A DNA stretch of 64,000 nucleotides from Granulicella sp. (GTDB taxonomy: Bacteria > Acidobacteriota > Terriglobia > Terriglobales > Acidobacteriaceae): positions 32,001 through 96,000 of the forward strand of contig DAHWNL010000015.1 of assembly GCA_027339965.1 (NCBI GenBank). Reading direction: 5' to 3'. Both the position numbers and the translations under genes were made by a program. Positions within the stretch are counted from its first letter, which is position 1; each line of letters starts with the position of its first letter. Positions 60,127 through 64,000 of the stretch are shown in pieces. The notes below the pieces were generated by a model. It saw only the letters and a program-made list of their open reading frames with translations. It was not told where the DNA came from and did not search any database.

Positions 60127-63100
60127 ATGACGTCGATTTTGGACACGCTGGACCGACTGGGAGCCGAGCACCCGCACAAACGTCTCTACTCTTACCTTGA
60201 CCCGCACGGAAAGACGCTGGAGAGCTACACGTATGCGTCCTTCCTCCGCCGCACCAGGGCCATTGCGGAGCACCTGCTGAAGGACGGCCGCTTTGCCCCG
60301 GAGCAACGGCTGCTGCTGGCCTACCCGCCGGGGCTGGAGATGATCTGCGCCTTCTTCGGCTGCGTACGCGCCGGACTGGTTCCGGTGCCGGTGTACCCAC
60401 CCAGCTCGCGCGGCTTCCAGAGCGCCCTTTACAAGATGGTCCACATCGCCAAGGACTGCCAGGCCGCCGGAGTGCTGACCAACGAAGAGTACTACGCATC
60501 GCTCAAGACCAACCTGGCCAGAAGCGGCGTCTGCGCCTCGGGAGTGGACGTCGATTTCATCTCCGGCCTGGCCTGGATCCCAACCGAAGGGTTTGTCGAA
60601 CCGATCCGCGCAGAGTTCTCCGCCGCGGCTTCGCGGACCCTTTTTCTGCAATATACCTCGGGCTCGACCATGGACCCCAAAGGAGTGGTGGTCTCCCACG
60701 AGAACATCCTCCATACCAGTCCGCTGGTCATCGATCATCCGGATCCCGTGGTGGTCTCTTGGCTGCCGCAGTATCACGATATGGGCTTGATCGGCTGTTA
60801 CCTGTATCCGGCGCTGCAAGGCGGCACGGTCTACGGCTTCTCGGCTACCGACTTCATCCAGCGCCCCATCCTCTGGTTTGAGACCATTACTCGCTATCGC
60901 GCCACAGCATCGGCCGCACCCAACTTCGCCTACGACTACTGTCTGCGCGCCGGCCGTCTCTCCAAAGAAAGCCTTGCAGAGTGCGATCTGAGCTCACTGA
61001 AGATTCTCATGTGCGCTGCCGAGCCGGTGAAGCCGGAGACCTTTACTCGCTTCCTGGAGACCTTTGAGCCTTTCGGATTGAAGGCGACGAGCTTCTACGC
61101 CGCATACGGCCTGGCGGAGAACACGCTGGCTGTCTCCCTGGACGGCCGCTCCATCCTCTCGGTACAAAAGCACGCGCTGGCGCTGGGCAAGGCGCGGATG
61201 ACCACCGAGGTCTCCGAGATCGAAGCCTCGGTCCAGGTGGTCAGTTGTGGAACTCCGCTGCCCGGCATCCAGGTGAGGGTCGTCGACCCGGAGCGCCACG
61301 TTGCGCTGGAGCCAGGACAGATTGGCGAGATCTGGATTGCGGGCCAGGGCAAGTGCCAGGGCTACTGGAACAACCCCGAGCTCACGTTGAAGCAGTTTCA
61401 CGCGCGACTGGTGGACGACAGCCCCTTTGACGATGGGTATCTGCGCACCGGCGATATGGGCTTCTTCCATCGTGGCGAACTCTTCGTCTGCGGCCGGATC
61501 AAGGACATGATCATTCTGCGCGGCCAGAACTACTACCCGCAGGATATTGAACGCATCGTGGAGCGAACCTCAAGCCTTCTGCGCGCCCATTGCGTCGCTG
61601 CTTTCCAGATCCACGAAGCCAGCGAGCCGGCGCTGGCCATTGTGGCCGAGGTGAAGAACCCCAGTGTGCTTCCCGATGCGCGCAAGATCGCCACCGAGGT
61701 CCGCAACTACCTGAACGTGGAGGTGGCGCTGATCTGCTTCATTGCGCCCCGCGCCATTCCCCGAACCAGCTCGGGCAAGATCATGCGCCACAAGACCAAG
61801 CAGATGTGGCTTGACGGCCAGTTCAAGGTTCTCTCCGAGTTCTCCCGCGAGAAAGACTCCGGCGCCGCTGCGGCGGCCACTACGGCGCGCTCCTCCTTTG
61901 ACGCCATGAAAGCGCGTTACAACCTGACCGGCATGGAGCCCTACAACCTGGTGGAAGCCGGACTGGATTCGCTCGACCTGGTGGTCTTCATGCATGAGCT
62001 GAAGGAATTGCTCAAGGACAAAGGTGCTGAGATCCTCGCCCGCCAGATCGATGTTGGCGTGATTCAGCGCGTCAGCGTGGCCGAGATCTTCCTGCTGGCC
62101 GAGCAGTTGGAGAGCGCTCCCGAGGAGGCTTTGCTGCATCTGCGCCAATCCCTAGCCACCTTCCGCGAAGAGCAGCAGGCAGCCGAACGAACCCTCATGC
62201 TCCAGGACAGCAAGCTCGCCTTCTCGCCCCGCACTCCCGCGCCGCTGCCCGAAGTTGTCATCCCGGAACATGTGCTGCTCACCGGCGGCACCGGATTCAT
62301 CGGCCCGTTTTTGATGAGGAGCTTGCTGGAGCAAACCCATGCGCGGATCTGCGTGCTGGTGCGCGCCGCTGACGAAGAGCAGGGCCGGCAACGGCTGCGC
62401 GCGGCCATGGAGTCGATGGGCCCATGTTCCTCGGCGCTGATGCGTAGCTTCGAAAGGCGCGTGACGCCTCTCTGCGGCGACCTGGGTCATCGCAACCTGG
62501 GCCTGAGCGACGAGACGTGGAACCGGTTGGCCAAGGAGGCCGACACCATCTTCCATAACGGCGCCACCGTGAACTACCTGTTCAACTACGACCGTATGCG
62601 CGAAGCCAACGTGATGGGCACGAACGAGGTTCTGCGTCTGGCCTTCGCTGGGCGCCCCAAGGAGTTCAATTACGTCTCCACCACCTTCGTCTTCGGCTGG
62701 GCGGTAAAGAAGGTTCTGCGGGAGACCGATCACAACCAGGATATGGAGTTGCTCGACTTCGGCTACAGCCAAACCAAGTGGGTCGCCGAACAGGTAGTGG
62801 CCGACGCCCGCAGCAAGGGCCTTTCCACCCGCATCTTCCGCCCCGCGCTGGTCAGCCCTTCGGTCTCCGGCGGCGGCAACAACTTCGATATTGCGGTGCG
62901 CCTGGTCGCCTTCATGATCAATCACGGAATCGGCGTCGATGCTCTCAACCAGGTGAGCTTTGTTCCGGCGGACATTGTGGCCGACAATATCGTGGCCATC
63001 GCCACCACACCCGGCACGGCGAACCAGACCTACCACGTCACCCGCGACGATTACTCCAACATGCTCGACATCACCGGCCTGATCACCCGATCCACCGGAC

Positions 63101-63399
63101 GGCAGTTCGAGATCTTCAGCCTGCGCGATTTTGTGCCGGAGCTGATCCGGCGCTGCCGCAAGGAGGATCTGCTCTTCCCGTTGCTAGACTTCCTGGTGGG
63201 CTCGGTGGAGAACATCTCCGCGATGGAGTTCAAGCGTTACGACAGCTCGGCTTATCAGGCTGCCCGCGACGCCTCTGTCTGCGGAAGGCCGGATCCATCC
63301 CTGGAAGAGACGGTGAATGGCATTCTGAAGTTCATGCACCGCAAGGGCATCATCTCGGTGGCTCCGCACGAGGTGAACGAGCCCATCGAAGTGGCGTAG
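60127..63399 (+). CDS. Fatty acyl-AMP ligase-ACP-thioester reductase (A-T-R) multidomain enzyme
   Basis: LQYTSGST, WLPQYHDMGLIG, YGLAE + FAAL-type insertion, LRTGD, PRTSSGK; GLDSL (Ppant Ser); TGGTGFIG and YSQTK reductase motifs. Confidence 0.93.
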   Translation: MTSILDTLDRLGAEHPHKRLYSYLDPHGKTLESYTYASFLRRTRAIAEHLLKDGRFAPEQRLLLAYPPGLEMICAFFGCVRAGLVPVPVYPPSSRGFQSALYKMVHIAKDCQAAGVLTNEEYYASLKTNLARSGVCASGVDVDFISGLAWIPTEGFVEPIRAEFSAAASRTLFLQYTSGSTMDPKGVVVSHENILHTSPLVIDHPDPVVVSWLPQYHDMGLIGCYLYPALQGGTVYGFSATDFIQRPILWFETITRYRATASAAPNFAYDYCLRAGRLSKESLAECDLSSLKILMCAAEPVKPETFTRFLETFEPFGLKATSFYAAYGLAENTLAVSLDGRSILSVQKHALALGKARMTTEVSEIEASVQVVSCGTPLPGIQVRVVDPERHVALEPGQIGEIWIAGQGKCQGYWNNPELTLKQFHARLVDDSPFDDGYLRTGDMGFFHRGELFVCGRIKDMIILRGQNYYPQDIERIVERTSSLLRAHCVAAFQIHEASEPALAIVAEVKNPSVLPDARKIATEVRNYLNVEVALICFIAPRAIPRTSSGKIMRHKTKQMWLDGQFKVLSEFSREKDSGAAAAATTARSSFDAMKARYNLTGMEPYNLVEAGLDSLDLVVFMHELKELLKDKGAEILARQIDVGVIQRVSVAEIFLLAEQLESAPEEALLHLRQSLATFREEQQAAERTLMLQDSKLAFSPRTPAPLPEVVIPEHVLLTGGTGFIGPFLMRSLLEQTHARICVLVRAADEEQGRQRLRAAMESMGPCSSALMRSFERRVTPLCGDLGHRNLGLSDETWNRLAKEADTIFHNGATVNYLFNYDRMREANVMGTNEVLRLAFAGRPKEFNYVSTTFVFGWAVKKVLRETDHNQDMELLDFGYSQTKWVAEQVVADARSKGLSTRIFRPALVSPSVSGGGNNFDIAVRLVAFMINHGIGVDALNQVSFVPADIVADNIVAIATTPGTANQTYHVTRDDYSNMLDITGLITRSTGRQFEIFSLRDFVPELIRRCRKEDLLFPLLDFLVGSVENISAMEFKRYDSSAYQAARDASVCGRPDPSLEETVNGILKFMHRKGIISVAPHEVNEPIEVA

Positions 63400-63501
63400 G
63401 AGCGCCAGGAACGCTCTTGGAAGCGAGGCAGCCACGCCAGGCCGCCGCCAACGCCTTGCGTCTTCACCAGCCGCGGCACCCGCCGGCGAAGACGCGCTGG
63501 C

Positions 63502-63616
63502 TAAAGCAGTTTCAGTGCAGGTGTACCCAATGCCTCGACTTCTATGGGCGTTTTCCCCAATGAAAACGCCACTGTAAGCCCTCTTCGGGACACCCATCAA
63601 CACTGAAAATGCCATA
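63502..63616. mobile_element. MITE-like element copy 2 (~115 bp)
   Basis: Homologous to 45208-45323; TA-ended imperfect TIR taaagcagtttcagtg...cactgaaaatgccata. Confidence 0.65.
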
Positions 63617-63706
63617 AAGCAGCGCTTGACTCGCGGGGTTTTTCATCGGCGTTCGGGCCGGATCCGGCACAGCGGCTCTCGCCTCGTGATCAAGGGGGGC
63701 CGTAAT

Positions 63707-64000
63707 TTACTGCTTGCGGAAGACCAACGTCTCTGCGAGGTGCTGTCCGGTCGGCAAGGTTCCTTCGTCGGTCATCGTCATCCGGCGTCCATCAGCGGAG
63801 ACAATATAGCGGGCTTTCTCCGTCGCCTGGCCGTCGCGGCGATAGATCTCGTCCACGGTGCGAGCATTCACCAGCGAAAGCTGCACCGTGTCATTGCGCG
63901 AGTTCTGCAGATCATACTGCCGGCCATCCAGGCGCGCGTCATAGCGAAAGCCCGAGGAGAATTGAACCCCGCCACGGCCATCCGATTCAATCTTCAACAC
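63707..64000 (-). CDS. C-terminal part of a hypothetical beta-rich protein (runs off window)
   Basis: Open frame to the window edge; VSADGRRMT...VFRKQ lipocalin-like ending. Confidence 0.6.
   Translation of the reverse strand: MLKIESDGRGGVQFSSGFRYDARLDGRQYDLQNSRNDTVQLSLVNARTVDEIYRRDGQATEKARYIVSADGRRMTMTDEGTLPTGQHLAETLVFRKQ

Noticed and set aside
60127..63399. NRPS/PKS module or ElbD orthologue
   Set aside because: No condensation, KS or acyltransferase domain; the order is A-T-R only

Overview
GC-rich bacterial chromosomal window, most likely Acidobacteriota (Terriglobia-like). This is inferred from the acidobacterial-type VWA protein, the carboxypeptidase-regulatory-like TonB-dependent receptor, the PEP-CTERM protein and the small OM beta-barrels. 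It is mostly housekeeping and envelope genes: rpmI-rplT, an EF-G paralogue, an L,D-transpeptidase, waaA-lpxK-waaC, queC, moeA-moaC, ergothioneine egtB-egtD, a DUF1800/DUF1501 pair, an ECF sigma operon, tRNA-Ser(TGA), galM, tsaE-nnr and ftsQ-ftsA-(OMP)-ftsZ. The most notable region is 55.1-63.4 kb: a single-polypeptide fatty acyl-AMP ligase-ACP-thioester reductase divergent from a membrane desaturase, a cytochrome P450 and a radical SAM gene. It is a candidate undescribed pathway for a modified fatty aldehyde or alcohol. Non-coding signals are two diverged copies of a ~115-bp MITE-like or structured element, a multi-stem RNA between rpmI and rplT, a complete sigma54/IHF/UAS promoter before the PEP-CTERM gene, a motif shared by the ECF gene and the DUF5666-TBDR-VWA operon, and several short tandem repeats. 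All calls come from motif recognition by eye, no searches were run, and start codons are best estimates.
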